From the NCBI RefSeq assembly GCF_006345805.1, contig NC_042997.1, forward strand, positions 181,846,001 to 181,910,000: a stretch of DNA of 64,000 nucleotides. The letters run 5' to 3'. This document shows, in pieces, positions 40,286-53,566 of the stretch. Within the stretch, counting starts at the first letter, position 1. Every line of letters starts with the position of its first letter. The notes beneath the pieces are model-generated. The model saw nothing but the letters and a program-made list of their open reading frames with translations, was not told where the DNA came from and ran no database searches. Source of the stretch: Octopus sinensis. Taxonomy: Eukaryota. A program made the position numbers and the translations under genes.

Positions 40286-40518
40286 ACCACCGCCACCACC
40301 ACTATTACTACTACTTCTACGGCTGCTGCTGCTGCCGGTGGCGGTGCTGGTGCTGGTGCTGCTGGTGCTACTACAACTACTACTGGAGTTTCTACAGCTG
40401 CTGCTACTTCCTTCTTCTTCTTCTTCTTCTTCTTCTTCTTCTTCTTCTTCTTCTTCTTCTTCTTCTTCTTCTTCTTCTTCTTCTTCTTCTTCTTCTTCTT
40501 CTTCTTCTTCTTCTTCTT
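40286..40518. repeat. Compound trinucleotide tract ending in (CTT)n
   Basis: Direct inspection. Confidence 0.95.
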
Positions 40519-41163
40519 CAAGATGAATATGGCATTATTATTGCTTCCTTGCAGTATATCCACAGTAAGTAAGATAAACAGATTGCTATTCAGAACTAAT
40601 ACTTTTTCTGTCGATAATAACAAAATATAATAATAAGGAATGAATAAATAATCATTCACAGAAGATTTGTCAGATAGGGCGGACATTTTTTGTGGATGAG
40701 TAATTTCATCTTTGGCTAACATACCTTGTAGCTGACGGGCAGCAAAAGAAAAAAGAGTTCATGGCAGTATTATTCAACAAAAACAGGTACTTTTCTAATC
40801 GAATCTATCACACACGGTTTTGAGCAAATCGATCTAAACGTAAAGTAATCTACCTGCAAATTACTTAAGTTTTAAGTACTGTACCTAAATTAGATATGAA
40901 GTGCAGTGGATTGGAAAAATCATTAGAGCATCGGAGAAATGCTTCGTAGTACTTCTAGCTTCGAGTTCAATTCCTGCTGAGGCCATCATTGCTTTTCATC
41001 CCAACAGAATCCATAATATAAAGTATCATAAAAGTGCTGGAGTTCATATAATAAACAAGTCCTGTCACCTCGAGACTACTGACCTCGACCTCGCGCCTGA
41101 ATTAGAAACAATTATTATTACGGTAGTGGAATGGCAATGTCTTTAGAGGGTCAAACGAAATAC

Positions 41164-41396
41164 CTATTTCTTTACTACCCACAAGGGGCTAAACATAGAG
41201 GGGACAAACAAGGAGAGACAAACGGATTAAGTCGATTATATCGACCCCAGTGCGTAACTGGTACTTATTTAATCGATCCCGAAAAGATGAAAGGCAAAGT
41301 CAACTTCGGCGGAATTTGATCTCAGAACGTAGCGGCAGACGAAATACCGCTGAGCATTTCGCCCGGTATGCTAACGCTTGTGCCAGCTCGCCGCCT
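41164..41396 (-). mobile_element. SINE family A monomer inserted in an older family A relic
   Basis: TSD ttagagggtcaaacgaaatacct; relic continues at 41420-41540. Confidence 0.88.
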
Positions 41397-42877
41397 TAGA
41401 GGGTCAAACGAAATACCTTCTGACTCCTGTTCCTGTTCCTTTTATTCTGAGTTCAAATCCAGCCAAGATCAACGTTTTTTTCATCTGAAGAAGGTCGATA
41501 AAATAACGTACCAGTCAAGTAGTGGAATCCATATAATCGACTGTTTCTCCACCTCAGTAGTGACTGGCTTGATACCAGAATCATTAGATCTTCGGAAAAA
41601 CTGCTTAACGGCATTTCCAGTACTTTACGCTCTGAGTTCAAATTCTGCAGTGCTCAACTTTACCTTCCATCCCGCTTGTGTCAATACGACGAAAATTTTT
41701 TTTTTTAAACCAGTCAAACCCTAACACCTACAATTCAGGATTGTTGGCTTTCAGAATTGTTGTCTGAATCAGAAATAATTTGTTATTATTGTTGTTGTTA
41801 CTTTCCTCACGAATTCAGCTGCCTTCTATTTTCTTTATAATCTCTCATTATATATCAACTTTTATTATTTTCATTTTTGTTAGTTTTTTTGTTATTTCTC
41901 TTCCCACTATTCTTCTATGTAATTCTGAGGCAATTCTACGTATTTATTACGAAACAGTATCGCGGCGGAAAACTTCTTAATGTCTTTTGCACAAATGTCC
42001 AATTTCTACCTTTTAACATTAGGAATTTACCTGAGTATTAATTAAACGCTTACTTTAAGTGATTTGTCCATCCATGTATCCATTAGTAATGGTTCGCAAG
42101 TTTAGCCGGCATACTAAATTGGTATGTCATGTTTGTATAAGTGTTAGCGTTTGGCACTTATAATTACCTTACTTCAAGTTGCTAATTGCTAGGCTGAAGT
42201 TTCTCTGCTGCATTTTATTTATTTATTTGTTATATTTTATTGCTTTTCGATATTGCATTGCTGTCGGTTTATGCAACACTAAGTGTTAAATTTTCATCGA
42301 AGTTCTTATTACATACATCTTGTAAACAACACTTCTTTTCTTTTAACAGTTACTTGTCATATTTACTTCCTTTGCTCTTTTTCGTCTTCTTATCTCCCTT
42401 GCTTTCTTTCTTAACACCACAGCGTCACCGACAGACACAACATTTTGTTTAGATTGTTTCGCATTTCTAGTAATCAATATCTAATAAATACTTCCAGATT
42501 TTTCTTTTTGCATTTCATTATCTTGGTACCTCGTCGCCACCGTCAGTCCCTCTCTCTCCGTACATACATATATGCGTACATGCTTGCTTGTACACACACA
42601 TACGTACATACAAGCGTTTACGCATATATAAACACGCACAAGTACTCCCCCTGTTTCTATTGGATGAGTGGAGGTATATGTTTTAAGTTCTTGGACATAA
42701 CATATGTTGGGAGGACGGTTCTAGAAACAGAAACGGAAAAAGCGAGCTATTACAATTCATGACTAAAAGCTTTCCAAATAAAATATGGAAGATCCTTCAT
42801 TAGCTTCTATTGTTTTATCATCAGGTGAATGAACACTGAAGAATTTACTATTCCCATAGAATTAGCTAACGTGTGTG

Positions 42878-42966
<89 letters not shown>

Positions 42967-43506
42967 CTCTCTCTCTCTCTCTCTCTATATAATATATATA
43001 TATATATAATATTTGTAGTCGCACCTTGGGCAAGTGTCTTCTACTATAGCCTCGGGCCGACCAAAGCCTTGTGAGTGGATTTGGTAGACGGAAACTGAAA
43101 GAAGCCCGTCGTATATATGTATATCTATATGTATGTGTGTATATGTTTTTGTGTCGGTGTTTGTCCCCCCAACATCGCTTGACAACACGATTGAGCAAAT
43201 AAATACTCTGCTCAAGAATATACATGGTGTATCAAAACTATCTAAATCTAGGAAGTGGGAAATAATTTGGTTTGCCCCCACCCTTTTCCCTTGCTGTTAA
43301 GAATCTACATAAACTATTCTTTAAAATCCTAAGACATAATTTTCCAGAGCATCACAAATATTACCCAATATGCAATAAATCTTCTATAAAATTTTCTTAT
43401 TCCACAATGCCAAATTTAGGATCATTTATAGCATCTATAGATAAGAACAAAATCAAATTTCAAACTTTCAAAATCTTTAACACTGATAGGAAACCAACTA
43501 TATATA

Positions 43507-43893
43507 GGAAGGAAGCACTCCGTCGGTTACGACGATGAGGGTTCCGGTTGATCCGATCAACGGAACAGCCTGCTCGTGAAATTAACATGTAAGTGGCTGA
43601 GCACTCCACAGACACGTGTACCCTTACCGTAGTTCTCGGGGATATTCAGCGTGACACAGAGAGTGACAAGGCCGGCCCTTTGAAATACAGGTACAACAGA
43701 AACAGGAAGTAAGAGTGAGAGAAGGTTGTGGTGAAAGAGTACAGCAGGGATCACCACCATTCCCTGCCGGAGCCTCGTGGAGCTTTTAGGTGTTTTCGCT
43801 CAATAAACACTCACAACGCCCGGTCTGGGAATCGAAACCGCGATCCTACGACCGCGAGTCCGCTGCCCTAACCACTGGGTCATTGCGCCTCCA
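43507..43893 (-). mobile_element. SINE family C, young full-length copy
   Basis: tRNA-Arg-like head ggaggcgcaatgacccagtggttagggcagcggactcgcg; TSD ccaactatatata. Confidence 0.92.
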
Positions 43894-44178
43894 CTCCCAA
43901 CTATATATAATATAAATGTATCCAGAACACCTAATTCATATAATTCAACCTCAAATAAAAATAACTCCAATTCGTCGGTTGCCTTGAATAATGGAAATCC
44001 ACCCCACAAAAAATATAGATAATAGCAACAATAAATTGGGAAAAACATGTAATCGTAGAAAAATTGATTTATGCTCTCTTGAAGGATTCTGCCTCCGTAA
44101 AAATGTAGTATATAAATGTACAGTAGTATTAGATAAGTATCAGGTTAGAACATATATAGGTAGTACTGTTGAATTAAA

Positions 44179-44349
44179 GGTGTAGGAGTGGCTGTGTGGT
44201 AAGTAGCTTGCTCACCAACTACAGGGTTCCGGGTTCAGTCCCACTGCGTGGCACCTCGGGCAAGTGTCTTCTATTATAGCCGAGGGACGACCAAAGCCTT
44301 GTGAGTGGATTTGGTAGACAGAAACTGAAAGAAGCCCATAGTATATATG

Positions 44350-44422
<73 letters not shown>

Positions 44423-44641
44423 GTGTATATGTTTGTGTGTCTGTGCTTGTCCCCCCAACATCGCTTGACAACCGATGCTGGTGTGTTTAGGTCCCCGTAA
44501 ATTAGCGGTTCGGCAAAAGAGACAGATACAGTGATTACTTGGCTTTCAAAGAATAAGTCCCGGGGGTGATTTGCTCGACTAAAGGCGGTGCTCCAGCATG
44601 GCCACAGTCAAATGACTAAAACAAGTAAAAGAGTAAAAGAG
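44179..44641 (+). mobile_element. SINE family B, full length
   Basis: Head, CORE-like ctgcgtggcacctcgggcaagtg, microsatellite and tail; splits the GIY-YIG coding sequence. Confidence 0.92.
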
Positions 44642-45191
44642 AACGCATTTAAATTCATTTACTAACATAAAATACTAAAATTCTGCTACTCTAGTCTCAT
44701 ATATACATAAGTTAAGGAATAACAACATTAATTGTAAAATTTCTTGGACTATACTAGCAAACGCCCTCCTCTATAATGCTATAAGTAACAAAGGTAATTT
44801 ATGCATTAGAGAATGATACATTATTCTTAAACCATACAATTTATTCTTAAACCATACAATTCGAGCACATTGAATAAATTCTCTGATACCATTCATTCTC
44901 GTACTCATAAGTTTCAGTCATTTTTCATGAAACTCTATAAGATGAGATGTAAGGAATGAAGTATCTGGCAGCTGTGCTTCTTCCTCTATTAGTAATTAAT
45001 TATTCCCGGAATTTATTGAAAAATCGACCTATTGTTTTAAATTCTCCCGTCATCCTACACAAGAAATTTCCTTTCGTTTATAAGCGTGAATCATCATAAA
45101 AGTGATAGAGTAGCCTCCGACTAACGTAATGTAACCTAAAATTTTCTTTTCTCTTACAAGTCTTCAAGCTTAATTATTTATCTATTTAATC

Positions 45192-45276
45192 ATTCCTGAT
45201 GAAGGGGACATTGTCAGTGTGAAACTAAGGGATTCATACTTTGTTGACTTATGGACTCCTGAAACGACCGTCGAAT
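45192..45276 (+). ncRNA. Type I hammerhead ribozyme, canonical core
   Basis: auuc-CUGAUGA-agggg..cuccu-GAAA-cgaccg-UC-gaau, in the 3' region of a Penelope-like element. Confidence 0.8.
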
Positions 45277-45628
45277 TGCTTCATATATGACGTTATAACC
45301 CTCTATAAGTATTTCTTCGGAACTCCTCTAAACTATTAAATCCATCATTAGGATTTCTCACTACCACCGATGTATCTTACAACTTTTAATCCTTAATTCA
45401 ACGTTTTTTAACACGAAATTTAATACGATTTTTAATCGATATATGAACCTTTATTCATTTATCCTTTTCACGTATATTTTTATCTCATATAATTCTTAAA
45501 TCATAACTATAGAATGATTATCTAAATTTTTGTATCTTCTTAAACCAACTTATATAATATCTAACGTCTCATGTTCGACGTGGGCACTTCCAAGCAATTG
45601 TGTAAAAAACTTTTTTCAACAGAAAAAA

Positions 45629-45663
<35 letters not shown>

Positions 45664-45678
45664 ATGTATATATATGTA

Positions 45679-45713
<35 letters not shown>

Positions 45714-45726
45714 GTATATATATATG

Positions 45727-45760
<34 letters not shown>

Positions 45761-46142
45761 TGTGTGTGTATATAATATGTATGTATGTATATAAATGTAT
45801 ATATATATAAATATGTATGTATTTATGTATACACATACCTACATATGTCAAGCGGTGGTGGGAGTCCTCCCACCACCGTTTGACAACCGTTATTGGTGTG
45901 TTTAGTCCCCGTAACCAACGGTTCAGCATAAGAGGCCGATGGTATAAGAAAAAGAAAATATTGAGTAGATTCACTCCACTATAATTCTTCAAGGTGGTAC
46001 CCCAGCATGGCTGCATTGTAATCAGTGAAACAATTTATGTGTGCGTGTGTGTATGTGTGCATGTCGAATTAAAAATTAAACAATTACGGTTTAGAAAGTA
46101 GGCGTTAAATGCACTATCCAAACCTTGTTTCTGGGTAAGTCC

Positions 46143-46190
46143 CAGGTAGTGCACTTTCACCACCTATGGCTACGAGGCATCATCAGCGAT
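46143..46190 (-). ncRNA. Type I hammerhead-like motif
   Basis: CUGAUGA-ugcc..ggu-GAAA-gugcac-UA; palindromic stem III, weak stem I. Confidence 0.55.
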
Positions 46191-46304
46191 ACTCTGCGTT
46201 CGAATTCCAAGATGCGCGTAGGGTATACTTTAAAAGATTAATACGGAAGATGGAGTGTAAGAAGAAACATTTATTAGCACAACAATCGTTTCGGTTTCAT
46301 ACTG

Positions 46305-46692
46305 CTTTACATTTGTACAAGTTGGCTCCAAGTCTCACCCAGAGACCTCAAGAGACAACAAGCTGGAAGTTCGTGTTGGCGTTATGCCTAGGGTGTCATA
46401 TATTTGGTTTTGTACATAGTGTTGTTCTAGAGAATGTTTAAGAAACCATAAGAAAATTATGTTTGTTTTATAACCTGAGATTGCATAGGAGGTATTTTGC
46501 GTAGGATATAGGCAGTTTTCATGAGTACTATCTTTTGAATTTCTGTCATTTTGGTGTTTCCTGGTATCTGAGCTAGGTAGCAATCAACCCCTTTTGCTAT
46601 TAATCCCAGGGCACCTATGACAACAAGTATTGTTTTAGCCTTCAGGTTCCACATTTTGCTAATTTCTATTTCAAGATCTTTATATTTGCTCT
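46305..46692 (-). mobile_element. R4/Dong-like LINE 3' end next to (TAA)n
   Basis: KYKDLEIEISKMWNLKAKTILVVIGALG..IQKIVLMKTAYILRK; abuts (ATT)n at 46692-46734. Confidence 0.8.
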
Positions 46693-46700
46693 TATTATTA

Positions 46701-46736
<36 letters not shown>

Positions 46737-47077
46737 GAAGCTGATATTCATATTGATCACGGTGTAATTCAGAAAAACTGTTTACTTAAGAGATCAATTC
46801 GACGCGTTACATCGTCTACAAACTTCACAACCAACGTCTTCAAAGAAATTGCTATAGATTTATCTGTTTGTTCACATTTTGCATATTCTGAATTACGCCA
46901 CTCTGTTCTGTGTAAGTATATATTGTTTAATCAACTACTCGGTCGAATGACGCTTTATATGGAAATAAAGGAAGCTATTAATATGAAAACAATACATACA
47001 TACATTCATACATACATATAAACATATATTTTAAAAGATTAATACGGAAGATGGAGTGTAACAAGAAGCATTTATTA

Positions 47078-47183
47078 GCTCAACAATCGTTTCGGCTTTA
47101 TACTGCACTGCTGCCCATTGGGCGTGGGATGATGCAGTAACACCAGATGCAATGCACAGCGCAAATTAGCTTCTTCAGGTGAC
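47078..47183 (-). ncRNA. Type I hammerhead with long stem II, in a Penelope-type pLTR fragment
   Basis: ucac-CUGAAGA-agcu...agcc-GAAA-cgauug-UU followed by aauaaa; partial second copy at 46228-46306. Confidence 0.55.
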
Positions 47184-47289
47184 GTAAGACGCTTCACGAT
47201 TTCACAGACTTACATTTCGATTTCGCTTCAAGTTATATGATGGTGGTGAGAGATTCTAGCAGTTCAGATCCATTTGTTAGAGTCATATA

Positions 47290-48100
47290 TAGCTTTATGT
47301 AAAACAAAGCTTCAGATTTATTAAGCTGTAGTTATTCCAACATTATTGTATGGCTGTAAAACGTGGACACTTTACAGGAATCAGAATTGAATCAACTCTC
47401 TGGATGCATTTTACATGAGATGCTTGTGTTCAATAGATAGTACTAGTGCATGCATATACAGCTGCGTGCGTGCGCACATACACGTGAGTACTGTCCAAAT
47501 CACCGACCAATCACATACAGCTAGCTGGTATTCAATTGGCGTATCAAGTTTCGGGCATTTTGATTGAGTTTTGGATAGAAAATTCACAAAAAAGTCGCTT
47601 CTATTGATTTTTAATGGCTTTGCGGCGTGACTGGGGAAATGTAAAGATGTGCACGACCACCCTTGAACGGTTTTGAATGACCATAGAAAGTGCGAGCCCT
47701 CTAACTGAAAAATTGTGGATTTGTATAAAGGATACACACACAGACATACATTTTGCCGTTTATATATATAAAGATTTCACGGGATGATTATAAAGTACCA
47801 AACAACGACATGCTGTAGCATTGAAATTTTTTGTTTTGTGCACAAATACTTTACAGGAAACAAGTCATTTGAATGGAAGATACGAAAATCCACCAAGTAC
47901 TCCAGCATATGCACAATTCCAATACAATGTCCCCCATCCTGGATATATTGGCAGACTATTGTTGAGTCTCCTGAAACGTTTGAGGAAAATGAAATTTAAA
48001 GCTTAATCTTGCGAGGACTTACCTCTGAATCATCAAGCTTTCATAGGGCTCACAGTTTAGAAAAATATAGAGTACGGTATAAGGACATACACCACACTAA
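47290..48100 (+). mobile_element. RTE-like LINE fragment interrupted by a Helitron
   Basis: AVVIPTLLYGCKTWTL..LDAFYMRCLCSI, then after the insert ISRDDYKVPNNDML. Confidence 0.75.
47443..47774 (-). mobile_element. Non-autonomous Helitron, second copy lacking the terminal hairpin
   Basis: Reverse complement of 20408-20750. Confidence 0.8.
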
Positions 48101-48654
48101 TGCAAAAGCCCGGTTTTAAATTTTGGAACAAGGGGAGGGGTTAATGCGTAAAAACACATCGATCCCAGTGCCTAACTGGTGCTTATTTTATCAAGCCCGA
48201 AAGGGATGAAAGACAAGGTCGACTTCATCGGAATTTGAACTCAGAACGTAAAGACGGACGAAATGCCGCTTAGCATCTTGCCCAGCAGGTTAACGATTCT
48301 GCCTGCTCGCCACCTTAAGGCCTGCTATATATTACCTACAGGAAAATATCTGAAAGTATCTAAAACTAGCCTTACAGCTCACAGCAAAATGCGTAGGGAG
48401 AGGAACATTCAGAGTAAAAATGTAAACCATGTAACAATGTGTATGTCTAGACACTGTCTCTAAATTTATATTAAAATCTGTAAGTCACTTAATTAGATTT
48501 TTAAGAAATGCATAATTAATTTTATGCAATTTCTACCAATTTTACTCCATTTTATTAACTTTTTAATTTCATTTAGTTTTTATGAAGCATATTTTAACCT
48601 TTGTTACTGAGTGTTCACACTTTGTTCTATAAACACACAGGCACAAACACACAC

Positions 48655-49670
48655 TCATACATACTTGTATGTATGTCATTATACAGTTTATTTCAAGATT
48701 TTTTGTCAATAGAAAAAGAACCGGTTTCTAATCAAGATCCAAGGCTCCTTCATTGGAATTTCAACATCAACATCAGGGTATGTATGTATGTTTTTTATGT
48801 ATGTATTATCATGCCAATAGTTGCATATCGGGACATGCTCATATATATTTAAATGATAAACTTCAGGAAAGTTTTACAGAATTTTACAGTTCCAATGACG
48901 GATTGGATCTGTAGTTTTCGAATTAGCTTTCACCTTTCTGGTTTTGAGAATTTCTCAAGATTGGTATTTAGGCAGTGTGTTCCATATCCCAGGGCCCCCA
49001 TAATTACAGGTATAAACCTGAACTTGTAATCTGGATAGAGCAACTGCAGATTTCTCAATAGTTCAGCATAGCTGTAATCCGGCTATTGGTCAATAATAAG
49101 CTGCTTTGATGATCGATGTTAAGTTTCATGATGTTATCAGCCTTATGTACGAAGACTTGATCAAGAGATGCACTTCGACACTTGGTGGTTAAAAGATGTT
49201 GTCGAAGGGATATGATGCAACATTCAAAGACATTTTGGATCGATGCTAAACCTCTTCCGACTTGTTTTCGTTTTAGGTAAAGGCAGTCTACATCACTATT
49301 TATATGGAAATTATGTGTGCTTGTTAGTATTTTTCAGGTTTTCACATCAATGATTCGGATCTCATCGAGCGTGCAACCAAGCAGCCCAAATGTTGGTATG
49401 AGTACTGGCACTGCAAACACATTGTGGCCCATTGTTTTATTGAATGCAGAGAGTTCTGCGCTCCAAATTTTCTTTATTCGGCAGTAATATTCTTTAGTGA
49501 CACGTGATTTGTTACAGGTGCCACTGTTAGATATATTTTCATCAACACCTAGATACCTATAACATTCCTCGTCAGATAGACGAAACAGTCAAATCATTGA
49601 TGGAGATATTACTAGTCTGGTTTATAGTTATTCCCCTTTTCACAAACATTTAACAACATTTATCCTGACA
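48655..49670 (-). mobile_element. Decayed, internally deleted RLE-type LINE
   Basis: Minus strand: YRYLGVDENI, NVFAVPVLIPTFG, YAELLRNLQLLYPDYKFRFIPVIMGALG; same family as 23925-24750. Confidence 0.8.
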
Positions 49671-49777
49671 GAGTGAGAGAAAACTATTGTGTGCACGTAA
49701 TTGTATGTGTACATGTGTGTGTACTTACGTGTACATGAGCATATATATATATATGTATGTGTACATAATTATTACTA

Positions 49778-50157
49778 CGGCACTCAGTCGGTTACGGCAA
49801 CGAGGGTTCCAGTTGATCCAATAAACGGGACAGCCTGCTCGTGAAATTAACGTGCAAGTTGTTGAGCACTCCACAGACACGTGTACCCTTAACGTAGTTC
49901 TCAGGGAGATTCAGCGTGACACAGAGTGTGACAAGGCTGGCCCTTTGAAATACAGGTACAACAGAAACAGGAAGAAAGCGTGAGAGAAAGTTGTGGTGAA
50001 AAAGTACAGCAGGGTTCGCTACCACCTCCTGTCAGAGCCTCGTGGACCTTTAGGTGTTTTCGCTCAATAAACACTCACAACACCCGATCTGGGAATCGAA
50101 ACCGCGATCCTATGACTGCGAGTCTGCTGCCTTAACCACTGGGCCATTGTGCCTCCA
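49778..50157 (-). mobile_element. SINE family C
   Basis: Highly similar to 43507-43893. Confidence 0.9.
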
Positions 50158-50626
50158 CGTACATATCTATTCATATGCATATATGTCTTTATGTATAAAT
50201 CTATATACGTGTATGTATATATAGCCAATTGAATTATAGGTACTATTGACCGAATATGAATTTATAATTGCTACAATATAATGACGCCTTCAAAATATTT
50301 TGTCTTATTACTGTATCTTTGTAACATAAAGATGAAATTTATACCAAGGAATTTTTTAAAGCCTTTTCGTTCACTATTTTTTCAGAGTTGTATGAAGACT
50401 GGGCGTGACGAAAATGTTAGCTAAGTTATAAAGGGGATAGAACATTTTTTTTATTGGGTGTTGTTTGGCAAGATTTCAGGTAGTGTGAATAGAATAAAGT
50501 CTATAGAAAAAAAATTGAGAAAAGAGATGAAAACCGTCTATCTTGAATTCTTAGCTGTCTGAATGTGTTTCTCTGATATACTGGGCTTTGCTTACGATCA
50601 AAGAATACACGTATATAAAATAATGT

Positions 50627-50952
50627 TGGTGCAGAGCTCAGTGGTTAGAGTGTCCGACTCACAATCATGAGGTAGTGAGTTCGATTCCCAGACTGGATTG
50701 TGTGTTGTGTTCTTGAGCAAGACTTTATTTTACGTTGTTCAAGTTCACTCAGCTGTAGAAATGAGTTGCGACGTCACTGGTGTCAAGCTGTATCAGCCTT
50801 TGCCTTTCCCTTAGATAACATCGGTGGTGTGGAGAGGGGAGGCTGGAATGGAGGCTGCTGGTTTTCCATAAACATCCTTGCCCGGATTTGTGCTTCAGAA
50901 GGGAACTTTCTAGATGAATTCCCTTGATCAATGATAACCGAAGGGGGTCTTT
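50627..50952 (+). mobile_element. SINE family C (variant tail)
   Basis: Reverse complement homologue of 9600-9943. Confidence 0.82.
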
Positions 50953-51069
50953 GGAGGCATTGTTATAATTACTAGTATATCAGTGTCGTCAAAAATGTAG
51001 ATTTATTAATGATAGAAAATTGTATATCGAAACAATGAGAAAAACCATTACTAAATATCAAGAATCTAG

Positions 51070-51114
<45 letters not shown>

Positions 51115-51203
51115 ATACACACACACACACATGTATGTATGTATGTATGTATGTATGTATGTATGTATGTATGTATGTATGTATGTATGTATGTATGTAT
51201 GTA

Positions 51204-51785
51204 TAGTAGCGGCCATACTATAAGGGTCAATAAGAACAATTGTATTGAAATATTTACTATAGAAGATTAGCAACACTTTGAGACTAGATATTATACACGT
51301 ATTTAGTTATATTTAATATCTATATTTCGTGAAAATTTCAAGTGAATGGAATAAATATTTCGTAAGTTATGAGGAAATAAACGAATAATCTTCCAAACTG
51401 CATTGGTCAAAAAATAGAAAAACAATGAAAAATGGAACAAGAACAAAAAAGAAACCCTTACTATAAATATTTCGTGAACAACCCTTTACTATCAATGACC
51501 TCCTGACATCAGTTACCACAGGACTGAATTCATTTTTTGCAAAATGATGGAGTAATATTCTCCCATTTGTTTTTCAATAATTCTCAGAGTTCTTCTTGGT
51601 TTTTTGGATTTCTCTTCCAAACGTTTTCTATAGAGTTAAGATCGGGACTTTGAGGTGGCCAGTCCATGAGATCAACACCTTGATCACTCAAAAAATCTTT
51701 GACTCTCATTGCAGTGTGACAGGGAGCGTTGTCCTGAACGAAGATAGGAGGTTGAACTGACGAGGATCGGAGATGTGGAAGGGCA
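51204..51785 (-). mobile_element. Tc1-like transposon 3' fragment
   Basis: [25 protein letters not shown] (DD34E-type motif). Confidence 0.85.
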
Positions 51786-51862
51786 TACATACGCACACAG
51801 TACGCACGCACACATCCATCCATCCATCCATTCATACATACATACATACATACATACATACA

Positions 51863-51893
<31 letters not shown>

Positions 51894-53124
51894 CGAAATT
51901 GCGAGGATGATCCGGTTCTTGACTGAAGATTAGAGGCTTCGAATGACCCGTCTGTTTTTTGTGTCGTCTATTTGAATGTTTTGTGTTCTGGTCCCATTTT
52001 GTATTTATATATATATTTTATATATATATATATATATATAAAATCGCTACCCACTGCACATTCTTTATTTTCTCTCCTTGTTTCTTTCTGTGTTCCTTTC
52101 TGTGGAAGAGCGTAGGCTCGAAACGTTAAAGACTTTTTCACTTCCCGAGCTTTATACTAATGCATCTCTTTGTTGTCTACACCACCTGTCTTCGACTTGT
52201 TATACGTTTCGAGCAGAGCTCTTCTTCGCAAACAGGAGACATAGGGAAGTCCAAAAGAAAAAGGAAAAGAAAGAAATATTCGTCTTAGAATCCTTACCTG
52301 CTACCACGGTGGTATTACATAACCAGTACTAGTAAACCGTGGTGTTATCTAGCATCCAGTTTTAAAACCGAATGCAAAATGAATTGGTGAGATCGGCCGT
52401 AATGGATATGTAATAGGTCATAGACATCCATCAATACATACATACATACATACATACATACATACATACATACAAACATACATACATACATACATACATG
52501 CATGCATGCATACATACATACATACATACATACATACATACATACATACATACATACATACATACATACATACATACATACATACAAATCCCTGATTGTG
52601 TCTGAAAGCTACCAGTATAAAATCTGTCCGTCCGTCATCACTCTGGGCGGTAGATTTAGATTAAACCGAGTACAAGTATATAACTTGTTAAAGCCGATTT
52701 AATTGACCATTGCCGTATTGTTTACGGAAATTTGACCTTGCGTCTAGTGAAAAATAAATCAATAAATTATCAACAAAGAATCAGCAGATGACCAAAATAT
52801 CAAAGCAGGCTTGACACAGTTCTGTATGTTTGGCCGATGTAATCTCTTTTTGTTTGTCAATAGTTTTTCGTTCTGGCAGATTGCCATAACCAATGTGTTC
52901 AAATAGCTTCTCATGAGCTACTTCTTCTTTTTCAATAACCTATGCATTACAGATGATTGAGATGGATGAGGACATAAGACAACACTGCATAGTGGTCGAT
53001 TTAGTTGACAGATGAGTATTGCATGCAATGCCCTCTGAAGATACATACATACATACATACATGCATAAATACATACATACATACATACATACATACATAC
53101 ATACATACATACATACATACAATA

Positions 53125-53420
53125 TATCTTATTTCATTTATTTGTTTTATTTCATCTAGTTTCAGCTCACGAGCTGTGGTCATGCTGAGGCACCACCATT
53201 TGGTGTTGCTACATGATTTTACTTCACGAATGCTTTTTAGCAATTGACATTTGCACGAGAGAGTTTGATACAGCTGCCCTCATCTGCACCTCCTGCCCCG
53301 AAGTTGGTTCATCTGGGACACCTGACAGGAAGAGGTCCAGCTTTATTTTGAACACACCTTCATTCACCCCGTGCATATCTCTCAGGTCCTTCGAGAGGAT
53401 ATTGAAGCTGTGGACCTCAT
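53125..53420 (-). mobile_element. CR1/L2-group LINE 3' end
   Basis: FNIL..LR...FKIKLDLFLSGVPDEP..RAAVSNSL followed by a 3' UTR; embedded in (CATA)n. Confidence 0.7.
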
Positions 53421-53517
53421 GCATATACACATACACACATACATACATACATACATGCATGCATAAATACATACATATATACATATATACATATATATAT
53501 ATATATTATATATATAT

Positions 53518-53564
<47 letters not shown>

Positions 53565-53566
<2 letters not shown>

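Larger units (their letters stand above)
43190..45630 (+). mobile_element. Penelope-like element 3' half (GIY-YIG + pLTR/hammerhead), interrupted by two SINEs
   Basis: IIWFAPPFS..FPEHH..KFSYSTMPN; TCN..CSLEGFCLRKNVVYKC..YIGST; frame resumes after the SINE (ELK|ERI); hammerhead at 45192. Confidence 0.88.

Noticed and set aside
43820-43893. tRNA gene
   Set aside because: It is a SINE head: it lacks a proper acceptor stem and runs into a repeated body flanked by a TSD
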